This document shows, one piece after another, positions 1 through 11,690 of a DNA stretch of 64,000 bases. Every line of letters begins with the position of its first letter. Within the stretch, counting starts at the first letter, position 1. The DNA is taken from NCBI RefSeq assembly GCF_041146345.1, contig NW_027191413.1, positions 558,001 to 622,000 on the forward strand, written 5' to 3'. Under the pieces are notes generated by a model, which had not been told where the DNA came from, made no database searches, and was given only the letters and a program-made list of their open reading frames with translations. The translations under genes and the position numbers were made by a program. Source of the DNA: Neodothiora populina. Lineage: Eukaryota.

Positions 1-398
1 AGGTCAATCTCGTCGAGTGAGCCATCGGTGGACGGAGTCGGTGCGTCTTGCTTTGCTGCTGCTGCTGCTCTGGCCTTCTGCTTCTTCTTTTTCTTCTTCG
101 GCTTTGATGATTTGGGAGCAGGGGATTGTTGTGTCTGGCCGTCGTCTTCGTCGTCGTCTGAGGGTTGTGTCTTGGGTTGCACAGCGGGCACGGCGTCTTC
201 TGCGTCATCGTCGTCGTCGTCGTCGTCATCTTCGTCGCCCAACATGGCAAAGGCACCAAAGGCACTCTGTTTTAGGGCGGGAGCAGGCGTGTCATCCTCC
301 TCGTTCTCTTCTTCACTTCCTTCTTCCTCTTGTAGTCTCCGTAGCTGTTCGCGCTCCTCTTGCTCACGCTGCGCTTTCCGTAGCGCTCTCGAGGACAT
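1..398 (-). CDS. RQC1: Ribosome quality control complex subunit Rqc1/TCF25 (N-terminal part; gene runs off the window start)
   Basis: Minus-strand ATG at 398 gives MSSRALRKAQREQEERE... then an acidic tract, AFAML and a KKKKKK stretch. This is the typical Rqc1/TCF25 N-terminus. Open to position 1; not in the ORF track. Confidence 0.75.
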   Translation of the reverse strand, partial: MSSRALRKAQREQEEREQLRRLQEEEGSEEENEEDDTPAPALKQSAFGAFAMLGDEDDDDDDDDDAEDAVPAVQPKTQPSDDDEDDGQTQQSPAPKSSKPKKKKKKQKARAAAAAKQDAPTPSTDGSLDEID

Positions 399-807
399 GA
401 TGGCGGCGAGAGACTATGACAAAGGGCAGGGTGGTCAGCAGTCTAGAATGCCGGATAGGTATTGCAATATGCCGACTTCGATTGAGAGACAAAAGACGAG
501 CATAGAATATCTGAAAATGCAATGACATCAGTCAGATGCCGGCAACAATTCGGGATCGGCCATGATTCATGCGATGCCCTTTCTGATCTTTGTATTACTA
601 GTGGATCATATCAATCTTATCTTATCCTGTTCCCGATACTCGATCGGCCAACACGCATTGTTATCACTACTGAACCTATACTATACCGGACCACTTCACG
701 TGCACGATCTACTCTCCGATCACCACTACCACTCACGCGAGACTCACCTTTTCCACGACTCCTTGTCTCTGAGACAGTGAGACAGTGGGACAGAATAAGC
801 CCACTCG

Positions 808-2652
808 ATGCGTCGAGCTGTGGTGCAGAACCTGCGCACCTTCCGCCGCCCGGTCGCTCGTAAAGTGCTGAAACACCGAAACACCCTCTTTCCCGTCTCT
901 CTGAACAACAATGTCTTCCAGCGTCGTGCTCTGACAACAAAGTCGGTCCAGTCGAATTCTTCTATGCGGTTCCGTCGCGTGTCTCTAGCCGTCGGCGCTA
1001 CCGCTGCCGCCGCGGGTGCCTTTTACGCCTACCGCGCTGGTTACGGCGACTCTGCTACTGCTGCCGCCTCGAGATCATACGCCACCACTCCCTCCTATAC
1101 TCCTCCCACATCTGCTGCCAACGCTGGCCCTGCATCTGAAGAGATCAATGAGGCTGTGCGCAAGGCCCTGGTCATCGAACAAGGCGCCCTCTACACCGCC
1201 GCCATCCCTGAGAATCTACCTCTTGCCAAGAACGAGGACGACAACGGCCGAAAAGTCCTCGAGATGATGACTCCCGACCAGGTCACCCAGAAGATCCGCA
1301 CAAACGAAGAGTCATATCTTGTCGGCAGAGGCAGGGGCGTTGTGCGCTACGACGTCGTGCAGATCCCCAGCAACAACCCCATTGAGGATGACCATGCCGA
1401 GAAGATTATTGATATTCCCGAGTCTGTGTCGCCATCTCCTGGAGGAAGCGACTGGATGTTCTGGGGTGTGTTTGATGGGCACTCCGGCTGGACCACTTCT
1501 GCAAAACTTCGCCAAGCCCTGATCTCTTTCGTCGCACGTGAACTCAACTCGACGTATACATCTGCCCTCTCAAATCCCCGTCTCAAGACGCCTTCTCCCG
1601 ACACCATCGATGCTGCCATCAAGAAGGCCTTTATGTCTCTCGACCACGAAATCACCCACGAAAGCGTCGAGAAAGTGCGGGCCTCCAAGTCTCGATCCTT
1701 AGCCGCCGAACTCCTCCAACCAGCTCTCTCTGGCTCATGCGCTCTGCTTTCGTTTTACGACAGCAAATCAAAAGACTTCAGAGTCGCCTGCACTGGCGAT
1801 TCCCGCGCAGTTCTTGGTCGTCGCGGTGACAGCGGCATGTGGACCGCCACTCCTTTGTCCGTCGACCAGACTGGAGACAGCCCCGAAGAGGTCGCTCGTC
1901 TCCGCGCCGAGCACCCCAACGAGCCCTACGTCGTCGCCAACGGCCGCATTCTCGGCGGCCTCCAACCCACTCGCGCATTCGGCGACGCCGTATACAAATG
2001 GACACGCGAGACGCAAGACATCATCAAGAAGAACTTCTGGGGCCGGGCACCGAGCAAATACCTCAAGACACCTCCATACGTGACCGCCGAGCCCGTCGTG
2101 ACGACGACCAAGATCCAACCCGACAAAGGCGACTTCGTCGTGCTGGCCACCGACGGGCTGTGGGAAATGCTGACCAACGAAGAAGTCGTGGGACTGGTAG
2201 GCATGTGGCTAGACGAGCAAGCATCCTCCTCATCATCACCAGCCTCGAAGCAATCATGGCTGAAATCCTGGTTCACGAGCTCCCCCAAAGTCCTGCCCGT
2301 CGAATCCTCCTCGTCATCAAGCACATCCACCGACCAGACCGACGCCGAAGGCCAACGCGCGCCCATCCGCCAACAGCAATGGGGCGTCTCATCGACGCAA
2401 TCCGAGCGCTTCGTCGTGCAGGACAAGAACGCCGCCAGCCACCTCGTGCGCAACGCCCTGGGCGGCAAAGACCAAGACATGATCTCGGCGCTGCTGACGC
2501 TGCCGAGCCCCTACAGCAGACGCTACAGAGACGACTTGACCGTCGAGGTCATTTTCTTCGGCGAGTCGGGGCCTGAGAAGAGCGGGTCTGTAGAGGTCAA
2601 CAGGGAGGCGTCGGCGGGTGTTGCTGTTGACGGACTGAGGCCGAAGCTTTAG
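808..2652 (+). CDS. PTC5: PP2C phosphatase, mitochondrial pyruvate dehydrogenase phosphatase type
   Basis: 614 aa, intronless. PP2C motifs SNNPIED, GVFDGHSG, GDSRAVLG, RAFGD, LATDGLW and RDDLTV. Arg-rich N-terminus; C-terminal PKL. Confidence 0.92.
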   Translation: MRRAVVQNLRTFRRPVARKVLKHRNTLFPVSLNNNVFQRRALTTKSVQSNSSMRFRRVSLAVGATAAAAGAFYAYRAGYGDSATAAASRSYATTPSYTPPTSAANAGPASEEINEAVRKALVIEQGALYTAAIPENLPLAKNEDDNGRKVLEMMTPDQVTQKIRTNEESYLVGRGRGVVRYDVVQIPSNNPIEDDHAEKIIDIPESVSPSPGGSDWMFWGVFDGHSGWTTSAKLRQALISFVARELNSTYTSALSNPRLKTPSPDTIDAAIKKAFMSLDHEITHESVEKVRASKSRSLAAELLQPALSGSCALLSFYDSKSKDFRVACTGDSRAVLGRRGDSGMWTATPLSVDQTGDSPEEVARLRAEHPNEPYVVANGRILGGLQPTRAFGDAVYKWTRETQDIIKKNFWGRAPSKYLKTPPYVTAEPVVTTTKIQPDKGDFVVLATDGLWEMLTNEEVVGLVGMWLDEQASSSSSPASKQSWLKSWFTSSPKVLPVESSSSSSTSTDQTDAEGQRAPIRQQQWGVSSTQSERFVVQDKNAASHLVRNALGGKDQDMISALLTLPSPYSRRYRDDLTVEVIFFGESGPEKSGSVEVNREASAGVAVDGLRPKL

Positions 2653-2780
2653 TTTTTTTGCACCTCTGCCGCGAGGTAAATGCCACGCTCGGGCAGTCGT
2701 TTTCCTCATCTCTTTTCTTCTGCGGCGGTTCATATATATCCTTACGGTTTTTTTTTTCGGGAGTGCATTTCGGGGATCAA

Positions 2781-2802
2781 GCCAGCCAGCCAGCCAGCCA
2801 GC
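2781..2802. repeat. (GCCA)n microsatellite
   Basis: gccagccagccagccagccagc in the 3' intergenic region between PTC5 and the reductase gene. Confidence 0.9.
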
Positions 2803-3223
2803 AATGCCATGCTTGCAATTCATGTCTATAGCTCTGTTGAATCCATTTCATGACGATTACCTTTCCCCCTTCGTCCTTCCCAGCTTGCTGTATGAAGAGT
2901 AGAGAGACGGCTCGATAGGTCACAATAACCTTGACAAGTAGAGAATCGCGAGCTGTAACATGAAGAATCTTTGATGACCAATGATAATGATGATGATTAT
3001 GACTTTTTTTTTCTCCCTTTACGTCTTGTGTTTGCAAGAGGGCGTGGTTGAGACTGGGAATTAGATTGTTATTTTTGTGATTTATGTATATACGATATCA
3101 ACACGCTGACAGGATGGAGATGATTTGCACCCTCTCTTCTGTCTTGTTTTGTTTCGAAATGACGCTCCGGTCCTTGCTCCATACATTGAGTGTTGACAGA
3201 CAGAAAGCGAACAAGACCAGACA

Positions 3224-4159
3224 TCAAAGCAAGCCAGGAATAATAGCCTTCCTCTTGCCCACCCTCTCCTTTCCAAACTTCTCCACATACCAGTCATAGC
3301 CCTGCAGCGCCCTGGGCAACATCGTACTGATCTCGTTGAACAAGAAACTCCTGGCAGGAGTGCACGACCAACCGCCACACATCCAGAAGCCCGCCCACTC
3401 GATCCACTCACAGAGGTAATGCGGAAACAGGACGTAGTTGAACAGCCCGTTCTTGGGCAGCATGTAGAGCTTATCGACGCCCTCGACGGGTTTGTTTTCT
3501 CTGGCAGCCTTTTCGTGCTGGATGCGCAGCGCCGAGCGTCGGATCTCGCGCAGGTCGTCGTCGTGGAAGATGTTGCCCAGCAGCGCCCAGCCCCAGACGA
3601 CGAGGCCGACTTCGATCATGTAGAGGTGGCCGGCCCAGTCTTGCTTTGTCGTCGGGCCGTAGCCTGCTAGCCAGCCGGAGAGGCAGAGGGAGTTTGTGAG
3701 ATTGAAAGCTGTGGCGCTGAGGAAGACTAGGGGGTGGATCGGGGACATGGACGGGTTCAGAAGCAGGGGCGCGATGATGGCGCGGTAGAGGTAGTGGATC
3801 GTGTATAGGGTTGCCATGGTCCAGTTCTCCCAGGGTAAGCCGTCCGTGATTCCGAGGAGTGGTGGGAGGGTGTACATGTTGTAGAGGAGGGTGATGAAGC
3901 CCGGCGCTTCCATGATTGCCCACGCCCATTTACCGGGCAGGTTGAAGCGCGAGTTGATGGATGTCTTGCCTTGGGGGTAGAATCTGGTGAGCCATTGGAT
4001 TCCGGTGACCTGGCGAAGTGTTAGTCTGTCTTTTGGGGCAGATTGCTTTGGAGAAGAAGAATAGAAAGAAAGACTTACGATGGGGAAGAACTGCCACCAG
4101 TAATTCACTGTTTGCCATGTCGCGTACGAAGGCGGCAGGAGACCAGGCACGAGGACCAT
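3224..4159 (-). CDS. 3-oxo-5-alpha-steroid 4-dehydrogenase (steroid 5-alpha-reductase family) membrane protein
   Basis: Start MVLVPGLLPP at 4159. Intron 4010-4078 (GTAAGT...ACTAAC...CAG). Motifs AWAIMEAP, HYLYRA, PKNGLFNYVLFPHYLCEWIEW and RKAIIP. Confidence 0.88.
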   Translation of the reverse strand: MVLVPGLLPPSYATWQTVNYWWQFFPIVSLSFYSSSPKQSAPKDRLTLRQVTGIQWLTRFYPQGKTSINSRFNLPGKWAWAIMEAPGFITLLYNMYTLPPLLGITDGLPWENWTMATLYTIHYLYRAIIAPLLLNPSMSPIHPLVFLSATAFNLTNSLCLSGWLAGYGPTTKQDWAGHLYMIEVGLVVWGWALLGNIFHDDDLREIRRSALRIQHEKAARENKPVEGVDKLYMLPKNGLFNYVLFPHYLCEWIEWAGFWMCGGWSCTPARSFLFNEISTMLPRALQGYDWYVEKFGKERVGKRKAIIPGLL

Positions 4160-5288
4160 CTTGACGGCGGCGCCAATGGCTTCTTCCCGTGAATATCTAC
4201 TGGATATCTGGAATGGCCTTTTCACACTCCTCCAAGACTACTCGGAGTGCATCGACTATCTTTTGAGATGATGCAGCAATGGTAAAAGTGGTGTGAAGCT
4301 CGTCGATCTGTTTGTAGTCGAACAAGGTACAATGTCGTCATGAGTCCGAGCTAAGCTAAGCTACTTTATCGATAAGCTTTTTCATCCCTATGTGTACTGT
4401 AAGGCAGTATCATTATTGCTGTCGAATTTATCTTATCTCGCAATCCCAAACATTCCAATGCTCAGCGAGGCTATCGGCGCGGTATACACGCTTATCACAT
4501 CGAGGTAGGAGCAGACGCGGACTCAGCCTTAGAAGCAAAAGGAGGAGCCTATGGCTTTGAGGAGCAGTACGGCCATTGCGAATAGCGCATCTTCTGAGAA
4601 GAAAGAGCTGTAGATGTGTGTAAGGCCGTAACGACAGCAATAATGATATCATGGGAGATAATGTCACTTCACGAAGAAACGACATCAGTTCTAACATGCT
4701 TGATATCTCCAAATGGGAATGTCTCTCATCAATTAGACGCAAAGTCTTCAAAGCCGGGCTCAGACACTGCAACACGAGTGAGATGATCTTGGCAGATCGT
4801 TGGGCTTGCTCTTGGAGTTGATTTTGAACTCGTGACCTTGGAAGGTAGCGATCGCCGAGTCTTCGAATCCTCCGTGGATGTGTTTGTATTGGGTGTTACC
4901 TTGGATTTCATTCTACATGTGTTCTTATGGGAGATAGAACGAGTCCTTCTTCTCCTTGATCATGGTGTGCCTGCGCTAGCCATGTCCTAGGCCTGCAGCG
5001 ACGACGACCACAATTGAGTAGAAGCAAGACTGGACAGTACTGTCCCATTGCAAAGAAGAGAAGATGGCAGACGGAGGTTCTTAAAAACAATACAGAATGA
5101 GCGAAGCACTAGCAGAAAAAAAGCCGTGGCTTGGCGCGCATTGCTCTATTATCTAAGCAGATCGCGGGTCAGTGTGGTCTGAGGCAGCAACGGGCAGCCA
5201 ACTGTGCAACCAAAACACACGAAAGCAAGCGAAAGCGGGACGATCCCATTAAGCGCCTCAAGGGCAAATTCCGCCTTTGACACTAAGA

Positions 5289-5325
5289 ACGCGACGTGGA
5301 CGCGCTCATTGCCCTCTGTACGCGT
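5289..5325 (+). promoter_or_regulatory. MCB (MluI cell-cycle box)-like cluster upstream of RNR1
   Basis: ACGCGA 5289, ACGCGC 5300 and perfect ACGCGT 5320, about 270-300 bp upstream of the RNR1 ATG. RNR1 is a known MBF target in yeasts. Confidence 0.6.
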
Positions 5326-5588
5326 CGATTCTCGATTCTCTTGGTGCACGAGGCGCAAAACAACGTAAAGTCGGCTCATTATATATCATCACGCTTCCTC
5401 GTCGTGTTTTGCCAGTCCTCTCTTCTCTTCCTGCTACACTCTTTCCTCTCCTCCCCGCCTCTTCCTCTTCCTCTTCCTCTTTGACTACTACTTCACACAT
5501 ATTATACCCATTGATTGAGATTCTTCTTGCTGTTCTCATTCTCCATCTCTTCCTCCATCTCTGATCATCCTCCACACATCTCTTCACC

Positions 5589-8381
5589 ATGTTCGTGTGG
5601 AAGCGTGACGGCCGCAAGGAACGCGTCCAGTTCGACAAGATCACAGCTCGTGTGTCAAGGCTATGTTATGGCCTCGACCCTGACCATGTCGACGCTGCCG
5701 CCATCACGATGAAGGTCATCGCCGGAGTCTACCAGGGTGTCACCACCGTCCAGCTCGACGACTTGGTACGCTCAGCTTTCCCTGCTACTTGTCTATCATG
5801 AGACCAATATCAGCTAACAACCTATTCACAGGCCGCCGAGACCGCAGCATACATGACCACCACACACCCCGACTACGCCATCCTAGCAGCACGTATCGCC
5901 GTGTCCAACCTTCACAAGCAGACCAAGAAACAATTCTCCGCCGTCATCACCGATCTCTACAACTACATCAACCCAAAGACAAACAAGGCTGCTCCCATGA
6001 TCTCAGACGAGACATATGCAACAGTCATGAAGCATGCCGACGAGCTGAACTCGGCCATTGTCTACGACCGTGACTTCAACTACCAGTACTTCGGCTTCAA
6101 GACGCTCGAGCGATCATATCTTCTCAGACTCGATGGCAAGGTTGCCGAGAGACCGCAACAGATGATCATGCGTGTTGCTGTGGGCATCCACGGTGATGAC
6201 ATCGAGGCAGCCATTGAGACTTACAACCTCATGTCTCAAAAGTACTTCACACACGCTTCCCCTACTCTCTTCAGTGCTGGTACCCCTCAGCCTCAATTGG
6301 CATCATGCTTCCTCATCGACATGAAGGATGACAGCATTGACGGTATCTACGATACCCTCAAGACCTGCGCCATGATCTCCAAGAATGCTGGCGGCATCGG
6401 TCTCAACGTCCACCGCATCCGTTCTACTGGTTCTTACATTGCTGGAACCAACGGCACGTCGAATGGTCTCGTTCCCATGCTCAGAGTCTTCAACAACACT
6501 GCCAGATACGTCGACCAGGGTGGCAACAAGCGTCCCGGTGCCTTTGCCATCTACCTCGAGCCTTGGCACGCTGACGTCTATTCTTTCCTTGATCTTCGCA
6601 AGAACCACGGAAAGGAGGAGGTCCGCGCTCGCGATCTCTTCTATGCTTTGTGGATCCCCGATCTCTTCATGAAGCGTGTCGAAGCCAACAGCACCTGGAC
6701 CCTCATGTGCCCTCACGAGTGCCCCGGTCTCGCCGACGTCTACGGCGACGAGTTCGAGGAGCTGTACGAGCGCTACGAGCGTGAGGGCAAGGGTCGTGAG
6801 ACCGTCAGAGCTCAGAAGCTCTGGTACGCCATCCTCGAGGCTCAGACCGAGACTGGTAACCCTTTCATGCTCTACAAGGATGCTTGCAACCGCAAGAGCA
6901 ACCAGAAGAACCTGGGTACCATTCGCAGCTCCAACCTCTGCACCGAGATCGTCGAGTACACTGCTCCTGACGAGGTCGCAGTGTGCAACCTTGCCTCCCT
7001 GGCTCTCCCCACCTACGTCGACATGGCCGAGGAGAGGTACGACTTCAAGAAACTCCACGAGATCACTCAGGTCGTCGTCAAGAACTTGAACAAGATCATC
7101 GAGATCAACCACTACCCTGTCCCCGAGGCTCGCAAGAGTAACTTCCGTCACCGTCCCATCGGTCTCGGTGTCAGCGGTCTGGCTGACGCCTTCCTTGCCC
7201 TTCGCATGCCTTTCGACTCTCCCGAAGCCAGACAGTTGAACCTTCAGATCTTCGAGACCATCTATCACGCTGCCTTGACTGCTTCTTGCGAGATTGCCAA
7301 GGAGCTGGGTCCATACGAGACCTACGAAGGCTCCCCTGTCTCCAAGGGTGAGCTTCAGTACGACATGTGGGGTGTCACCCCCACTGATCTCTGGGACTGG
7401 GACGCCCTCAAGGAGAAGATTGCCGCCCACGGTGTTCGCAACTCCCTTCTTGTCGCCCCCATGCCCACCGCCTCGACTTCGCAAATCATGGGTTTCAACG
7501 AGTGCTTCGAGCCTTACACCTCCAACATCTACTCCCGACGTGTCCTGTCCGGGGAGTTCCAGGTGGTCAACCCTTGGTTGCTCAAGGACCTTGTTGAGCG
7601 CGGTCTCTGGACCGACAACATGAAGAACCGCATCATCGCCGACGGCGGTTCCATCCAGCGCATCCCCAATATCCCTGATGACCTCAAGGCTCTGTACAAG
7701 ACTGTCTGGGAGATCAGCCAGCGCCACATTGTCCAGATGGCTGCCGACCGCGGTGCTTTCATCGATCAGTCTCAGTCACTCAACATTCACATGAAGGACC
7801 CCACCATGGGCAAGATCACGAGTATGCATTTCACCGGCTGGAAGCTTGGTCTCAAGACCGGCATGTACTACCTTCGCACCATGGCCGCTGCTGCACCCAT
7901 CCAGTTCACCGTCGACCAAGAGATGCTCAAGGTCGAGGACACCAACGTCAGCCGCACTCCCGCCAGCAGGAAGCGAGTCGTCCAGAGCGGCACCGCTTCT
8001 CCAGCACCATCTCCTCGTCCCATGTACATGTCCAAGACTCCTCAGAACTCTGCAGCCCCCAACGGTGTCCCGACGCCGACGCACACCCCGCCTCCTGACT
8101 CGGAGAACAAGCGCATCTCGCTGCCACCCAAGGAGAAGTCTGTCATGGACATCCCTCACTTCCCTGCTGATCTCGAGGAGGGTGACAGCCCCAAGGTCAT
8201 CGCGCTCGATGGCGCAAAGGGACTGCCGGATGACGAGCTCCCTCAACCTTCTCTCGATAAGCCAACTCAAGTCGAGGATGTCGAGGATGAGAGCAAGGAC
8301 CGCGAAGGCGACATTTACGCCGATGCTGTTCTCGCATGCAGTATCGAAAACCCCGAGTCATGCATCATGTGCAGTGGTTGA
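5589..8381 (+). CDS. RNR1: Ribonucleoside-diphosphate reductase large subunit
   Basis: ATP-cone [19 protein letters not shown]. Intron 5766-5831. SNLCTEI catalytic motif, [11 protein letters not shown] and C-terminal CxxC (CIMCSG). Confidence 0.98.
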
Positions 8382-10390
8382 TCCACTCCAATGCTACGCA
8401 TGACTAATGGTGTATGTTTCTATTCGGTTGTAATATGGGGATATATCGCGAAACGAGTGATATAGAAGACGAGTGGCTCCTCTTGATGACTTTTGGCGTA
8501 CTTTGTTTTTTCGGGCAGGCAACCGTTTTGGCTGGGAGGGATTCATACCAAATGAGATTCGACGGCGCTCTTATAGTTTTGTAGTGATAGTTAGCTTCTT
8601 CAAATGCATAACGTACCTTACAAACTTTTAGTTTCCTCCTGATCTCGTTTTTGTGCGCAGTAATTTCCAGCTTGATGTTTTGCATTCACTGCCGTCTGCC
8701 GAAACTCATCCCACACGACTCTTGAACCTTGCTCTAACACTCATCCCATCTACAACAATCTCACCTCCGAGCTATTGATCATTCTTACAAACAATGGGAC
8801 GTTTACCAATGAAGCTCCTTGATGTGGACGTCACTTGCAGGCATTTATCATGGTCTCCTCTATTTCATGCATCTCTTTGATTAAGCCTACTACTGTAGCA
8901 AGCATGGTTACGTATATGAGCAGATACCCTACGTGGATAAGATGCTCTACGATTTAGTCTCGACTTAACACCAGGCCAGGAGCACGCACCAGCATTCACA
9001 CTCGGACGTAAGAGGAACATCTCTCAATTTGCGAGCTTGTGTTCTTCCTTTCGACATGTCTAAAGAGAGGTACGGTTCGTATTATTATATGGTGGGAAGG
9101 GAGAGCACGTGCAGTAGAGATGCCAGACTTCGTAGACAGGGTTGCCATTGAGATTTGACCCCTGAATCTTCGTTGATGCAAAGGGGTATCAAAGATGCCA
9201 ACGGCATTACCGAAACATGGGGGATTGTACATTGTCTCTCGTATTTTCTGCTGCATCTATCTTTCTGATATCTTGATGGACAGGAATATGTTCCAAGGAT
9301 CAAGAAGACTGTGACTGATGTTTTGGCTACTGCATTGGCTTCAATACAGGGTACTGCATAATCATGGCATGCATCACCTGTCTGAAAGTATCATGGTCGG
9401 AGATGGTCTGAAATATATATGTCGAAGACCGCGTTTCGTGCTTGAAATTACTAGCACCCTCGTGCCTCGGCAGATCCGCTATGATGGTCCGCAAGGACGA
9501 CACCGCGGTCCTCGTACGGGGAAGCTAGTTATATCGTACTATATCGAAATACTCGAGGAGCATACTTACGGCATTAATGCTATCAAGATCTGATTAACTT
9601 GATAATCGAGATGATCACACTAGCTACCGTACGCAGCCTCAACGAGCAAGATCAACATCAGCCGTCCATTGACAGTGGAACGAATCCTCAGTACCTTACG
9701 AAGGGCTACCTCACTACGCCATCCTCTCTGAATACGACTGGCTTGCATTCTATATACCATCCAGTCTTGCAAAGGAAGGAACGACGCTGGGACTGAGCGT
9801 TACAACTCGCCTTTTGAAAAGGACATAACGCCGACGAATCAGGATGACGCGTTTCGACCACCACTCGCTGCAACTAACTTGACTGCTCAAAGCGAACACA
9901 CTTCAGGTATTGGCTGGATGGGTGTTGCTCTACGCACGGGTATAGCAACGTATTCTCACTAAGTGGCTCGAAATAGAAACGAATTTTCTCGGTGTTGATG
10001 ACTGAAAAGTGTCAGGTGAGTGAGGTGAGTATATCTTCTCGTACTGTCCTCAAGGATTTCTTTCTTGCTTCACGATACTTTCGTTCTCCATACCTGAATT
10101 CATCAAATTATAGAGCATACTTGTCTTGTCCTTTGAGAATACATTCACGCATATACACATACATATACACAAGAACACGAGAACACAACACCACAAGCAC
10201 ACAACCTCTGCAATTCATTGCAACTCTTCACCTCTTCGTATTAAGCATATTCAGCGTTACGTCGCGTTACGTCAAAACGCCAGCTATACATATAAGGCTC
10301 CATCTCACTTCAATTACTTTCCAGAAAGCGAATCACTCATCACCACTGTAGCAGGCTTCAGTTGCAACATTCTTGCTTCCAATCCACGCA

Positions 10391-11296
10391 ATGACAAATC
10401 CGTGGGATTCCAGCAAAGATTGGAGAGCGGCAGCTCGGCCGGTGTCCAAGGCAAGTATCACACCAGGCCCAAGACCCTCTAATGTCAAGCTCCCCAGAAG
10501 TGGACAAATACTCTGGTTAGGCCGCGAGGACTCCGTGCCTGAGGAGTCAATATTCAAGCGAGAGTTCGTCCCTAATGGTGGCTTGCCCTGGTGTCACCCT
10601 GTGCTCGTGACCTCGGTGGACGAGATCTCCGAAACATTGACGTTCTCAATGTTGACTTCAGGAGTCATGGTCAAGAAATCTCTTGATCCAGATTGGCCAT
10701 CGAGATACATGCCGATACAGCATGATCAGCGACCCGATCACGTGGAGGATCCTCGCAAGTTTGTGGACAGTCAAGGCAACTACTGGCAACATCCGACGTG
10801 CAGCGTTCCCCTTTTGCACCTGCAAGAAGGACAACAGATGTCTCTCCCTTCATGTGTCAACATCAACTCGGAGTACACGATTGAGTGGTGCTATCTTCGA
10901 TACGTCAAAGAGAAAAGCTGCTTAGCTCTCACTGAGCGCTCTATGTTGGACCTGGTCATCTACAAGCGCGACCGCATATCTCAAGAGGGGGCTAGTGAGA
11001 TGTATAAGAATGGGTGGGACTCCAGACAGTTGAAAGATCCATTTTGGCTGGCAGAGGGCGCAACCTTCGAGCCCCTCTGCGGGTCATCCTCGCCCGTGTC
11101 TCGTCCCCTTTTTCCGGCACTCTCGGCTACCTCCTCCATCTCCCTCTCAGGGTCGCCATCAATCACTCCACTGACCACGCCCTCATCAACCCCGCCGCCT
11201 TCTCGACCGTCCTCACCTCAGGAGCCCAGCACTGCCGCTGCTGGACGTTATGTGCTTCCGGGGCGGCGAGACTTCAGTAGATGGGCCGGCAGGTAG
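10391..11296 (+). CDS. Hypothetical protein with PemK/MazF-like motif order and Ser/Pro-rich tail
   Basis: 301-aa intronless ORF from ATG 10391. Contains GQILWL, HPVLVTS, MLTS and SCVNINSEYTIEW, then LTERSM. The fold assignment is inference. Confidence 0.6.
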   Translation: MTNPWDSSKDWRAAARPVSKASITPGPRPSNVKLPRSGQILWLGREDSVPEESIFKREFVPNGGLPWCHPVLVTSVDEISETLTFSMLTSGVMVKKSLDPDWPSRYMPIQHDQRPDHVEDPRKFVDSQGNYWQHPTCSVPLLHLQEGQQMSLPSCVNINSEYTIEWCYLRYVKEKSCLALTERSMLDLVIYKRDRISQEGASEMYKNGWDSRQLKDPFWLAEGATFEPLCGSSSPVSRPLFPALSATSSISLSGSPSITPLTTPSSTPPPSRPSSPQEPSTAAAGRYVLPGRRDFSRWAGR

Positions 11297-11690
11297 GAGG
11301 TAGAAACAAAGCCAGGGCCAGCAGGGAGACCAGGCAAATGACGACAGGCATGACCAGACGACAGGGCTACTCCAGCGACTCTCCGCTTCTGGACAACAAC
11401 ACACACTTTCAGCAACTTCGCCTGCCATCCGAAGACCACGCTGTTGAAAAGTCATATTGCATCCACTTCAAACGAACAGCCACATCGCAAGCTGGAATCA
11501 CACTTTCTCTTGCCACACTACGGCTTCTCGCTACGAGAGGCCTCCGATAGACTCAGTCGCCCCAGCAGTGATGGCCTCCACCCCGTCCAGGGCCGTGTGA
11601 CGCAAAATCCGACAATGACTCGGACGCCAACAAGACAAACTCGCTCAATCGGATCCTGCGCTGAGCTATTGGATTCTTATCTTCGACATT

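Noticed and set aside
17..525. Plus-strand ORFs of 127 and 165 aa
   Set aside because: Antisense shadows of the low-complexity Rqc1 N-terminus on the minus strand.
4428..5090. Chain of short minus-strand ORFs upstream of RNR1
   Set aside because: No recognisable motif or convincing splice structure; treated as intergenic.
6303..7727. 474-aa minus-strand ORF
   Set aside because: Antisense to RNR1; explained by its strong C-ending codon bias.
5589..8381. Possible intein or mobile intron in RNR1
   Set aside because: The protein is collinear with normal length. The Pro/Ser-rich C-terminal insertion before CxxC is normal for fungal Rnr1.
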